This document shows positions 27,601-35,259 of a DNA stretch of 64,000 nt, in pieces. Origin of the DNA: an uncultured Gammaproteobacteria bacterium (lineage in GTDB: Bacteria; Cyanobacteriota; Vampirovibrionia; Gastranaerophilales; CAJFVJ01); contig CAYUHE010000005.1 of the NCBI GenBank assembly GCA_964444415.1, forward strand, positions 5,456-69,455. Direction: 5' to 3'. The position numbers and the translations under genes were made by a program. Position 1 is the stretch's first letter. The number at the start of each line of letters is the position of its first letter. A model generated the notes under the pieces. It was not told the origin of the DNA, searched no databases, and saw only the letters and a list, made by a program, of their open reading frames with translations.

Positions 27601-28475
27601 TTGGTATCAATGATACTCTTGATACAAGCTTTAAAAGCTTAAAAGCCTTAGACTTGAATGCTGATGGCATTGTTTCTAAAGCAGAATTGCAAGAAAAAGG
27701 AATTATCTTTGAAGCAATAAATGCTACAGACAGATTGAACGGTGCCAAAATCAATACAGATTTCATCAAATCAATTGACTTGGCCTCTATGCAAAACGCT
27801 GATGGACAAAATGGAGTTTATGGTACTTTTGAAGTTCAATTAGCTAACGGCAAAAAATCAGGCGGTATTCAAACTTTTGAAACTCAAGATTATTTCAACA
27901 ACTTATTCGGTAAATATGTCGATATGTCTTTCTTGTCTACAACAAAAGATGAAACACCGGCACCTGTGAAACCACCTGTAGTAGTTCCTGAAGCTAAACC
28001 AGTGGCAACTGAAAAATCTGTAGCTGCAGCAAACACTACAGATGTGGTAAAAACTGCAGACAAATTTGATATTAATGCTATACAAGCAAAAAAATTCAAC
28101 TTCTTCTCCTATTTAGATAATGTTGATAAAACTGAAGAAACAGCACCGACTTTAGCACCAGCTTTAAAACCAATTGTAGCTCCAGCTGTAGCTCAAGATA
28201 TTAAACCTGAACCAGCAGTTAAACCTGTGGCACAAACAGTTATTAAACCTATTATTTTAGATGCTGCTAAAGAACCTGTTATTATAATTAATAATAAAGA
28301 AATGACGCCTGATGCTCTTGTTGATGATATTTGCTGGAAAATGGGCATAGACAAATTAACTGTTAAACAAAGATATGATGTTTTAGGAAGTATTGATGTC
28401 AGTAAATCTTCAGATGTTATAATCAGAAAACTTGAAGAAAAATTATCATCAATTAAAACTCAATTCTCAGCTTAA
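24657..28475 (+). CDS. Very large Asn/Thr/Tyr-rich protein with a twin Ca-loop module (paralog 2, 1272 aa), function unknown
   Basis: Long ORF. DENKDGKINGAKE and DLNADGIVSKAEL loops. A Pro/Ala/Val/Lys linker. Tail DDICWKMGIDKLTVKQRYDVLGSID, homologous to the tail of paralog 1. Confidence 0.85.
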   Translation: MSNYYYLYNYGGNDHKFLYNGGTPATSSNSLFNNNFMGAMFNYNKIDLSSMSFLTENVLGDTNQGVTVTQDFTSFYNTYKTIVGSDIMSYANKYSNTNNMALGDMMNSQVGSTPVADALTSLSPIADSFHYKLTKDGNPYRYTERGTSNCFVGGWNVLPTNDGFTQQELSYQTYYDYKMAQFNNKDAATITNKFTNVTSYADLQALGLRYSDISGTAGVNGNADNIKAVYTNLVKQFTKELKAIKPSTISENDRITMEKSLAAKQAALKSIDDDLFGYIEDGAAIYDGSVTTYKANYTFNGSSPTTAAQATTTLQYNSARDAETYATCPYTTVVNDLYFASAADATKYTNITTNNYAGTVELYEKTGTNPDEFTKYTVNADDIVKTNNVMSYSIVNGTTQSSLPGGYPITFENKHFVSELDFIKYQRLVNNSLNDGTTITFWEEISAGSYQQKTINQTNRTINLTNLYNSIGNINTDEATNGGTMNFQAELEIRIAAFLAAQSPAFPKDNQFVKSLASAIITDLVPPAPAASLITYTPQTTTPVVGTGKDITIREKDQNVTNGVASFTLTTDAIANIKGIMNWEESRDSHHNIWCQGGISCCTAMNHPDHLWEQFATAIHLDGSGNCNIDLQGKPLTTVLKQLIIDFTMDPCGSADKAHVYNHIFEDMDGSGAWNSFTNNYKVTGGMEVDIRHLKNLQDDDSLVAQLAKSVEGMILTTNDPLADKTKASKYIAEVTASIMEQYWIENFNKSNAENITDYFIREFRAYFNPRGINGNVAASYKDLTSGKFVEFQMDFSEDPKVINFVDKISEHQAFVQIYSKMEDRSRAEMELFEASAALDVVQNINTQEYIFRLNMLAALETDYGKSLALGGNLANLTDSQKALLKEVFSPVTRNLVELGPGASKNPWWEEYFPWFKGFYGTLPEGATPDDMFDENGHIKASMLSQNGALIDPYIVNINGVDYVMGVDENKDGKINGAKEVLGINDTLDTSFKSLKALDLNADGIVSKAELQEKGIIFEAINATDRLNGAKINTDFIKSIDLASMQNADGQNGVYGTFEVQLANGKKSGGIQTFETQDYFNNLFGKYVDMSFLSTTKDETPAPVKPPVVVPEAKPVATEKSVAAANTTDVVKTADKFDINAIQAKKFNFFSYLDNVDKTEETAPTLAPALKPIVAPAVAQDIKPEPAVKPVAQTVIKPIILDAAKEPVIIINNKEMTPDALVDDICWKMGIDKLTVKQRYDVLGSIDVSKSSDVIIRKLEEKLSSIKTQFSA

Positions 28476-28596
28476 TATTCACTGATGTGGAACTAAAGGC
28501 TAAGCATGAGCTTTGACTTTAGAGAAACTGAACGATAGCGACGTAAAAATCTTCGATTTTACAGGAGCTTAATATTTACGGGTGTGGAATAAATAT

Positions 28597-28631
28597 TAAA
28601 AAAGAGCCTGCTTTTCAGCAAGCTCTTTTTT
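28597..28631. terminator. Bidirectional terminator (AGAGCCTGC-TTTTCA-GCAAGCTCT) between paralog 2 and rpsR
   Basis: 9-bp stem with one mismatch, flanked by an A-run and a T-run. Confidence 0.6.
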
Positions 28632-28646
28632 AATATTTATATACGA

Positions 28647-28883
28647 TTAACCTTCAAAAACGTAATTAATGAAAGCTGCTTCACGAGCTTTTTTGATGGC
28701 ACGTGCAAGCTGTCTTTGGTGTAATGCACAAGTACCTGTAATTCTTCTTGGAAGAATTTTTCCACGCTCTGTAAGATATCTTTTAAGTCTTAAAGCATCT
28801 TTATAATCAATAGCTTCAACTTTATCTGCACAGAAATTGCAACTTTTACGTTTTTTCTTATCGACATTTGATCTTCTAATCAT
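28647..28883 (-). CDS. rpsR: 30S ribosomal protein S18
   Basis: [15 protein letters not shown]...[35 protein letters not shown]. Confidence 0.95.
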   Translation of the reverse strand: MIRRSNVDKKKRKSCNFCADKVEAIDYKDALRLKRYLTERGKILPRRITGTCALHQRQLARAIKKAREAAFINYVFEG

Positions 28884-28895
28884 TGGTAATCCTTT

Positions 28896-29294
28896 CTAGA
28901 ATGGGATTTCATCTTCGCCTATTAAGTCATCTGAAAAATCTTCGTCTGAAAGCTGAAGAATATCTTCATCCTTTGATTCTGATTTTGCTCCGCTAGAGGC
29001 TCCTAACACTTCGAAATTTTGAGCTTCTAATTCGACAACTTTTTTGTCCTCGCCATCTGCATTTTTAATGGTGTTGGTTTGTAAACGACCTTCTACTATA
29101 ACCACAACACCTTGAGACAGTTTTTGTTCAGCGATTTCGGCGTTTTTGCCCAATGTAACGACCCTGATGATTGATTCATCTTCATTAGGCGAAATATCTA
29201 TAGCGAAACTTGTCACGGCAACATTGTTAGACGAAAATCTTTTTTCAGGTTTTCTTACTACTTTTCCTTGCAATACTGCTTTTGCTAGCGACAT
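28896..29294 (-). CDS. ssb: Single-stranded DNA-binding protein
   Basis: OB-fold N-domain, acidic tail ending DEIPF. Position between rpsF and rpsR. Confidence 0.9.
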   Translation of the reverse strand: MSLAKAVLQGKVVRKPEKRFSSNNVAVTSFAIDISPNEDESIIRVVTLGKNAEIAEQKLSQGVVVIVEGRLQTNTIKNADGEDKKVVELEAQNFEVLGASSGAKSESKDEDILQLSDEDFSDDLIGEDEIPF

Positions 29295-29305
29295 GGTTTC
29301 TCCTT

Positions 29306-29605
29306 TTAAGCTTGTTTTATTTTTGAAGTTTCAAGTACCATAAATCTGATAATATTCTCGTTCAAAGTTAAATTTCTTTTCAAATCAACTATTTTTTCTT
29401 CTGGGAAAGAAACTTTCAAAGTTAAATAAAATCCGTCTTTGAAGTTATTGATTTCATAAGCAAGTTTTTTACGTCCCATTTTGTCAACGCATTCAACTTT
29501 GCCGCTAAATTCTTTGATTGTAACCTCTAAAGCATCTATTACTTTATCAGCTTCGTCCATATCTAAATTTGGCTTGATAATAAATAGTATTTCGTAATTT
29601 CTCAA
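29306..29605 (-). CDS. rpsF: 30S ribosomal protein S6
   Basis: MRNYEILFIIKPNL...GRKKLAYEI, 99 aa. Confidence 0.93.
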   Translation of the reverse strand: MRNYEILFIIKPNLDMDEADKVIDALEVTIKEFSGKVECVDKMGRKKLAYEINNFKDGFYLTLKVSFPEEKIVDLKRNLTLNENIIRFMVLETSKIKQA

Positions 29606-29667
29606 TTTCAGTTCTCCTATTAAGTTTTTTTTATTTATTTGTAGATATTATCATAAACAAAAAATTT

Positions 29668-30516
29668 TTATAACAATATTTTGCCAGAAAAAACAAATTC
29701 TGCCGCACCGCTCATAAATACATTTTGCCCCAAATCGTCCAAGCTGCCTTCCCATTTGATTTTCAGCTGCCCTCCTGGTAGATTGGCAACAACTTCATTA
29801 TTCGTTAAATTATTTAAAATTGCGGCCACAACAGAGGCGCAAGCACCCGTACCACATGCTTGTGTAATACCACAGCCTCTTTCCCAAACATCGATTTTAA
29901 TTTCATTTTTTGACAAAATCTCTACAAATTCGACATTGGTTTTTTTAGGAAATTTTGAGTCATATTCAATGCTTTTACCATATTCAAGGGCAAGCTCTTT
30001 TGTATTTTTGCCAGAGAATATCACACAGTGTGGATTTCCCATACTTATCGCATTGAAAACAAATTCTTTGCCTTTGGCTAGTATTTTTTCATTCAAAACA
30101 GGTGTTTTATCAGAAATTACAGGGACACCAGCAGGTTCAAAAATAGGATTCCCCATATTTACTGTAACTGTTCCATCTTGATTTATTTGGGGGATTATTA
30201 CTCCTGCAAGGGTTTTTACACTAAATTTATTTTTTGTTATGATGCCTTTTTCAAAAACATATTTTGCGAAACATCTCATCCCATTGCCGCACATCTCGGC
30301 GATTGTCCCATCAGAGTTATGAAAATCCCAAGCAAGGTCTGTATCTGTGCCTTTTGAAATTATTATAAGTCCGTCAGCTCCGATGCCAAACCTTCTGTCA
30401 CAAATCTTTTTGGCTAATTCAAGGCGAGAAATTTCGACTTTTGAAAGTTCACTTTCCTCAACAATGACAAAATCATTGCCAAGTCCTTGCATCTTCGTAA
30501 AATTAATAATTCCCAT
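29668..30516 (-). CDS. dapF: Diaminopimelate epimerase
   Basis: FTKMQGLGNDFV, catalytic Cys motifs CGNGMRCF and ACGTGACA. Start re-called to ATG 30516, which abuts the stop of the upstream gene. Confidence 0.9.
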   Translation of the reverse strand: MGIINFTKMQGLGNDFVIVEESELSKVEISRLELAKKICDRRFGIGADGLIIISKGTDTDLAWDFHNSDGTIAEMCGNGMRCFAKYVFEKGIITKNKFSVKTLAGVIIPQINQDGTVTVNMGNPIFEPAGVPVISDKTPVLNEKILAKGKEFVFNAISMGNPHCVIFSGKNTKELALEYGKSIEYDSKFPKKTNVEFVEILSKNEIKIDVWERGCGITQACGTGACASVVAAILNNLTNNEVVANLPGGQLKIKWEGSLDDLGQNVFMSGAAEFVFSGKILL

Positions 30517-30517
30517 T

Positions 30518-31282
30518 CTAAATGCCTTCTTTTTCCAATGCTTTTTTATAGAATTGAGCAAATAAATTTCTTACCAAAAGCTTTACGATAAAAGCCAAGA
30601 AAGGCACAAGAATAACACCTACAATAGTAATTGTACTCAATGTGTAAGGAATTAGAGCCAAAAGATAAATCCCAAAAGTTGTCAAAAGCAAAATCATATA
30701 CTGACCAAAATTTTTGGTTATCACATTATAAGCGTGCTTCAGATTAAACGCATCTGAAATTTCTAAATTTCTGGCAAACATAGTTTCAATTAAAGGCAAA
30801 ACCGCCCCTGCAACAACTATGAACGCTGTAGGAATTAAAAGCAAAAATGACCAAATATGACTGGAAGAATACGGTATCATACAAATTGCTGTCAAAACCA
30901 CGCTGATTGCGATGACCATAATATAATAAATAATGCTTATTCCAAGCCATTTTACGCCATTTACAAATAAACCTTTAAAGTTAACCCAGCAAGGAAGAAC
31001 TTCTTGAACATTATTAAGTGCATTATTCACAAATTTTATGTTGTACCCCATAAGCAGACAAGTCAATCCAAAATGAATTATAACTCCAACAATTCCTAAA
31101 CTGAAAAGCAAAATAGCTACAGCAACATTTACAAGAATTTGAGGCAAGTATAAAAGTGCATAAACATTCACAAAAAGTGTTGCTAATAAAGATAAAACGC
31201 CCCCAATAATGAGTTTTTTTGCCCAATGAGGTTGTTTAAAAATTGAATCGAACGCTTTATCTACGCTGATATGGCATTTCAT
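30518..31282 (-). CDS. Polytopic membrane protein (DUF4013-like)
   Basis: N-terminal ...FKQPHWAKKLIIGGVLSL... followed by about 6 hydrophobic segments. Family assignment is from memory only. Confidence 0.45.
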   Translation of the reverse strand: MKCHISVDKAFDSIFKQPHWAKKLIIGGVLSLLATLFVNVYALLYLPQILVNVAVAILLFSLGIVGVIIHFGLTCLLMGYNIKFVNNALNNVQEVLPCWVNFKGLFVNGVKWLGISIIYYIMVIAISVVLTAICMIPYSSSHIWSFLLLIPTAFIVVAGAVLPLIETMFARNLEISDAFNLKHAYNVITKNFGQYMILLLTTFGIYLLALIPYTLSTITIVGVILVPFLAFIVKLLVRNLFAQFYKKALEKEGI

Positions 31283-31303
31283 AGTTTACTCCTTAATAAA
31301 TCT

Positions 31304-31378
31304 GTCATTGCGAGGAGTGGTTGAGATTGCTTCACTTTATTCGCAATGACTTTTATTAAAAACACGACGAAGCAATCT
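31304..31378. repeat. Two interleaved perfect 10-bp inverted repeats (order A-B-A'-B')
   Basis: A GTCATTGCGA at 31304-31313, B AGATTGCTTC at 31324-31333, A' TCGCAATGAC at 31341-31350, B' GAAGCAATCT at 31369-31378. Confidence 0.7.
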
Positions 31379-31383
31379 TTTAA

Positions 31384-31842
31384 TTAGAGGTTTTTTAGTA
31401 AATTAACCATCTCGATAGCAGTTTCAGCAGCTTCAGAACCTTTGTTCCCAGCTTTTGTCCCTGCTCTTTCGATTGCTTGCTCAATTGTATCTGTTGTCAA
31501 AACACCAAACACTACAGGTTTTCCAGCTTCCAATCCTACTTGCGCGACACCTTTTGAAACTTCTGATGCAACAAAATCAAAATGAGGTGTATTCCCTCTG
31601 ATTACTGCGCCCAAAGTTATTACAGCATCGTATTTTGCTATAACTTTTTTGGCTGCCAAAGGGATTTCGAACGCCCCAGGAACCCAAGCCACGTCAATAT
31701 TACCTTCTGCAACACCATGCCTTTTCAAGCTGTCTATACAACCTGAAAGCAATTTTCCACCGATAAATTCGTTGAAACGAGATATTACTATACAAAATTT
31801 TTCATTTTCAGCAACTAATTTGCCTTCTAGTATTTTTACCAT
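31384..31842 (-). CDS. ribH: 6,7-dimethyl-8-ribityllumazine synthase
   Basis: Typical RibH sequence ([32 protein letters not shown]). ATG 31842 (MVKILEGK) is preceded by AAGGAG. Confidence 0.93.
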   Translation of the reverse strand: MVKILEGKLVAENEKFCIVISRFNEFIGGKLLSGCIDSLKRHGVAEGNIDVAWVPGAFEIPLAAKKVIAKYDAVITLGAVIRGNTPHFDFVASEVSKGVAQVGLEAGKPVVFGVLTTDTIEQAIERAGTKAGNKGSEAAETAIEMVNLLKNL

Positions 31843-31894
31843 ATTGTTCTCCTTCTTGATGCTTGCCAATCACTTCAGTTTCGGATTGCATCCG

Positions 31895-33109
31895 CTAATA
31901 AAGATGACACATCTTATCTTTCTTTGTTTGCATATAATTTTTGTTAAATTCTTGGATTTCAGGTTTTAATGATACCCTTTCTTGAACTTCAAGACCATAG
32001 CCCTCCAGACCAATAATTTTGGTAGGGTTATTGGTAATAAGATTGATTTTATTAAATCCCAAATCCAACAAAATCTGGGCACCAACTCCATAATCTCTCA
32101 AATCGGGTTCAAATCCAAGTGAAATATTTGCTTCAACAGTATCCTGTCCTTGATCCTGCAAGACATAAGCTTTAAGCTTATTCAAAAGCCCAATTCCTCT
32201 GCCCTCGTGCTCTCTAAGATAAACCAAAGCACCATAGCCTTTGTCATTAATTATTTGAAGTGCTGATTCCAGTTGATTTCCGCAGTCACATTTTAGACTA
32301 TGAAAAATATCTCCCGTAAGGCATTCTGAATGCATTCTTACGTAAGGAATTTTGCCTGTTTCATTTTGTGATTGCCCCATACCTTTTACAATAGCAACAT
32401 GTTCTGTATTATCAAGGGTATTGAGGTATCCATAAATCTCAAATTCGCCGAATTTTGTCGGCAATTTTGCCTGAACAATTCTTTGTACAAAGCGTTCTTT
32501 TTGAATTCGATAAGCAATTAGCTGTGAAACTGTAACGAATTTCAAATCATGTTTTTTGGCGAACTCAAAAAGGTCATCACGCCTTGCCATTGAACCATCT
32601 TCATTCATAACTTCACAAATTACGCCTGATGGTGTCAATCCTGAAAGCCTTGCCAAGTCAACACTAGCTTCTGTGTGTCCAACTCTTTTGAGAACTCCGC
32701 CGTCTTTTGCGATAAGAGGAAATATATGCCCCGGTCTTCTAAAATCGAATGCTTGAGTTCTTGGGTCTGTTGAAATTTTTATTGTTGTTGCTCTATCAGA
32801 AGCACTAATACCTGTTGTTACGCCAAACTTTGGGTCAGCGTCTATGCTTACTGTGAAAGCTGTGCCTTTTGGGTCGGTATTGGCTTCTACCATTGGGTTA
32901 AGGTTCAATTCTGACGCACGTTTTTGCGTCATTGAAAGACAAATAAGTCCTCTGCATTCTTTGGTCATAAAATTGACCATATCAGGAGTTATAAGCTCAG
33001 ATGCACAAATCACATCGCCTTCGTTTTCACGATTTTCATCGTCAGCAACGATTATCATTTTGCCCAATTTTATATCTTCTATAGCTTCTTCTATTGTATT
33101 AAATTTCAA
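31895..33109 (-). CDS. ribBA: Bifunctional 3,4-dihydroxy-2-butanone-4-phosphate synthase / GTP cyclohydrolase II
   Basis: DHBPS motif DDENRENEGD and GCH-II motifs HSECLTGD...CDCG, EGRGIGL. Confidence 0.95.
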   Translation of the reverse strand: MKFNTIEEAIEDIKLGKMIIVADDENRENEGDVICASELITPDMVNFMTKECRGLICLSMTQKRASELNLNPMVEANTDPKGTAFTVSIDADPKFGVTTGISASDRATTIKISTDPRTQAFDFRRPGHIFPLIAKDGGVLKRVGHTEASVDLARLSGLTPSGVICEVMNEDGSMARRDDLFEFAKKHDLKFVTVSQLIAYRIQKERFVQRIVQAKLPTKFGEFEIYGYLNTLDNTEHVAIVKGMGQSQNETGKIPYVRMHSECLTGDIFHSLKCDCGNQLESALQIINDKGYGALVYLREHEGRGIGLLNKLKAYVLQDQGQDTVEANISLGFEPDLRDYGVGAQILLDLGFNKINLITNNPTKIIGLEGYGLEVQERVSLKPEIQEFNKNYMQTKKDKMCHLY

Positions 33110-33741
33110 AATCCATTCTCCAAAAGAAAACTTTCTGTGATAACTGCATTATCCGCTGAAGAAGTGAATTTTTCAATATATTTTGCAATCATATCGGCTT
33201 CTAAATTTACATAATCACCGCTTTTAAGGTCCTTGAGATTTGTGTTTTCAAACGTATGAGGGATTATCGAGAGACTAAAAATATTTCCTTCAATTTTTGC
33301 AATTGTTAAGCTGATTCCGTTTATACAAATTGAGCCTTTTTTGATTATATATTTTGCGACTTCTTTTGGTGCTTCAAAGTCCATAATATATGCCATTCCA
33401 TCGAAGTTTTTACGTACAAATTTGCCCATCCCGTCGATATGCCCTGAAACAATATGTCCGCCAAATCTCCCATTAGCAAGCATAGCTCTTTCAAGATTCA
33501 CACTATCGCCAGCTTTTAGCTTGGAGATATTGGTCAAATTCAAAGTTTCTTTTGCTACATCAAAGCATACAGTTTTGTTTTCGATTGAAGTAACTGTCAG
33601 ACAAGTCCCATTCACAGCAACGCTGTCACCAATTTTGAGGTCGTCAAGAATTTTTGTACACAAAAGAAAAAGCCTTGCTCCACTAGCGTGGGTTGCAAGG
33701 ACTTGTATTTTGCTAATTTCTTCGACAAGTCCTGTGAACAT
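33106..33741 (-). CDS. ribE: Riboflavin synthase alpha chain
   Basis: MFTGLVEE start, duplicated lumazine-binding halves (VNGTCLTV / INGISLTI). 4-nt overlap with ribBA. Confidence 0.92.
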   Translation of the reverse strand: MFTGLVEEISKIQVLATHASGARLFLLCTKILDDLKIGDSVAVNGTCLTVTSIENKTVCFDVAKETLNLTNISKLKAGDSVNLERAMLANGRFGGHIVSGHIDGMGKFVRKNFDGMAYIMDFEAPKEVAKYIIKKGSICINGISLTIAKIEGNIFSLSIIPHTFENTNLKDLKSGDYVNLEADMIAKYIEKFTSSADNAVITESFLLENGF

Positions 33742-33861
33742 ATCTCGAAAATATCACAAAATATTTTTTAAATAAAGAGAGATGAGAGAGAATAAGAATG
33801 TTGTTTGTTTGAATCTTGAAATTACACGAAGTTTCTCAAGTTCTTTGTGTAAGGTTATTTT

Positions 33862-34284
33862 TTACTGACCTACTGCCATTAGTGGTTCTTCTTTTAATGG
33901 CATTTGAATAACTTCAGCACCATTTCCTAAAGTTGCTTCTTCTTTAGCAGGATCTGGAATAATTCCAACAGCCTTTTTAAAGTTGTGCTTTATAACATTT
34001 TGAAGATTAGGATCATATGCACTTGCAATACCATTATCGCGAGCTGTTTCATATTTAGCTTTAGCTTGTACAATTTTCTCAGCTACTTCTTTTGATAATC
34101 CTGCTGCTACAAGATCAGCTATTTTTGCTTCTGACGAAATCTCTACATTGCTTGTTGGCTTTGTGTTACTTGAAGTCTTCATTTCTAATGGTTTTGCTGT
34201 TAATCCGCCAAATGCAACCTTGTCAAACCCAATAGGTTTTAGAGGTGTTATTTGTGGATTATTGACTATTAATTGTACATTCAT
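33862..34284 (-). CDS. Hypothetical 140-aa protein
   Basis: ORF with GAGGAG SD (cagaggagaatgtaagaATG). No recognisable motifs. Confidence 0.55.
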   Translation of the reverse strand: MNVQLIVNNPQITPLKPIGFDKVAFGGLTAKPLEMKTSSNTKPTSNVEISSEAKIADLVAAGLSKEVAEKIVQAKAKYETARDNGIASAYDPNLQNVIKHNFKKAVGIIPDPAKEEATLGNGAEVIQMPLKEEPLMAVGQ

Positions 34285-34652
34285 TCTTACATTCTCCTCT
34301 GAAATTTTATTCTCTTATTACCCAAATTTAGTTATGGCAAATATGCCAAAGTTCCCCATAATTTAATAAAAAATAATCTGTCTCTCTTTTTTCAATAATT
34401 CATAAATTTGTTACAAAACTTATGTTTGCTTTTTTCAGCGATTAGCCTGTAGTAACTACAAACCAATTTTGGTTTAAATGTTTTTGTCTTCTCTTATCTC
34501 CTCTTAATCTGAAATTTACCCTAATTTGCGAAACAATTCCCAGTTTTAATTTTTTTCTTTAATCCGTATCCCGTATCTCATACTTTAATAAAAACAATCA
34601 ATCGTAAAAAATTGCCTTTTTCGTTATAACTTATCTTTTTTTTCATCCAAAA

Positions 34653-34682
34653 ATATTTACGGAGTATATACTCTGTAAATAT
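34653..34682 (-). terminator. Terminator for the HAD phosphatase gene (15-bp palindromic stem)
   Basis: The minus strand reads ATATTTACAGAGTAT/ATACTCCGTAAATAT followed by TTTTTGG. Confidence 0.5.
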
Positions 34683-34766
34683 TCAAGCGTGTATGAGCAA
34701 GACGTAAAATCAGTATTTATGCCTATTTTGACCATTTTAATTAATTGTTAAAAAATGTTAACTAAC

Positions 34767-35258
34767 CTAATAAGGTCCTGCATTTTTGACAAAAGAACGC
34801 TCAAGACTTCTCAAAAATTTGATTACCTGATGTTCATGATGTTTTCTGAGTGGGTCGACCAAAATCGTTACCATATGCAGTCTTTGCCCCACCCAAATAT
34901 CTGTAAGAGGCCTATCACCGACCATAGCAGCTTCTTTTGGCAAAATTCCAAGTTCTTTCAAAGCTTGTTTTACAAATTTACGACGAGGCTTGCCTGCCTT
35001 GAAATAAATTGGGATATCAACGACTTCTCTGACTTTTTTCTCATAAGAAGGAATAGGGTTATTGCTTACTATAGCAACTTTAAATTCTTGCATAAGAATA
35101 TCAAGCCAAGCTTTGATATCTTCTCTAAAAACACCTGTATTAGGTGCCATAAGAGTATTATCGAGATCAAAAACAAAGCCTTTTACGCCTCTTTTTTTCA
35201 TTTCTTCCAAATCTATATTCAAAACATTCTCAAGTACAAAATCGGCTTTTAAAAACAT
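34767..35258 (-). CDS. YqeG-family HAD-IIIA phosphatase
   Basis: HAD motifs FVFDLDNTL, VSNN, GDRPLTDI. 163 aa. Confidence 0.8.
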   Translation of the reverse strand: MFLKADFVLENVLNIDLEEMKKRGVKGFVFDLDNTLMAPNTGVFREDIKAWLDILMQEFKVAIVSNNPIPSYEKKVREVVDIPIYFKAGKPRRKFVKQALKELGILPKEAAMVGDRPLTDIWVGQRLHMVTILVDPLRKHHEHQVIKFLRSLERSFVKNAGPY

Positions 35259-35259
35259 T

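Noticed and set aside
28468-28589. Imperfect 25-nt direct repeat (CAGCTTAATATTCACTGATGTGGAA at 28468-28492, GAGCTTAATATTTACGGGTGTGGAA at 28565-28589) at the 3' end of the 1272-aa gene
   Set aside because: Only 20 of 25 positions are identical, there is a single pair, and it lies in a 3' UTR before the terminator. It is most likely a remnant of a small duplication of the gene end, and I see no structural or functional pattern.
29681-30181. 166-aa plus-strand ORF, and similar long antisense ORFs at 33341-33775, 14609-15022, 4399-4972, 37255-37703, 48528-48805 and 61071-61358
   Set aside because: Each lies entirely antisense to a gene with strong family signatures (dapF, ribE, the PyrK-like gene, alr, the S41 protease, thiF, the flagellin gene). 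They have low-complexity or odd composition and no SD. They are typical shadow ORFs.
33742-33861. Expected FMN riboswitch upstream of ribE-ribBA-ribH
   Set aside because: Only ~120 nt of very AT-rich DNA is available, and none of the conserved FMN-aptamer GC-rich segments is visible. ribD is also absent from the cluster.
34335-34348. TGGCA-N4-TGCCA read as a sigma-54 (-24/-12) promoter upstream of the 140-aa orphan
   Set aside because: The GG-to-GC spacing is 7 nt, not the 10 nt required for the -24/-12 elements. It is kept only as a small palindrome within the spacer finding.
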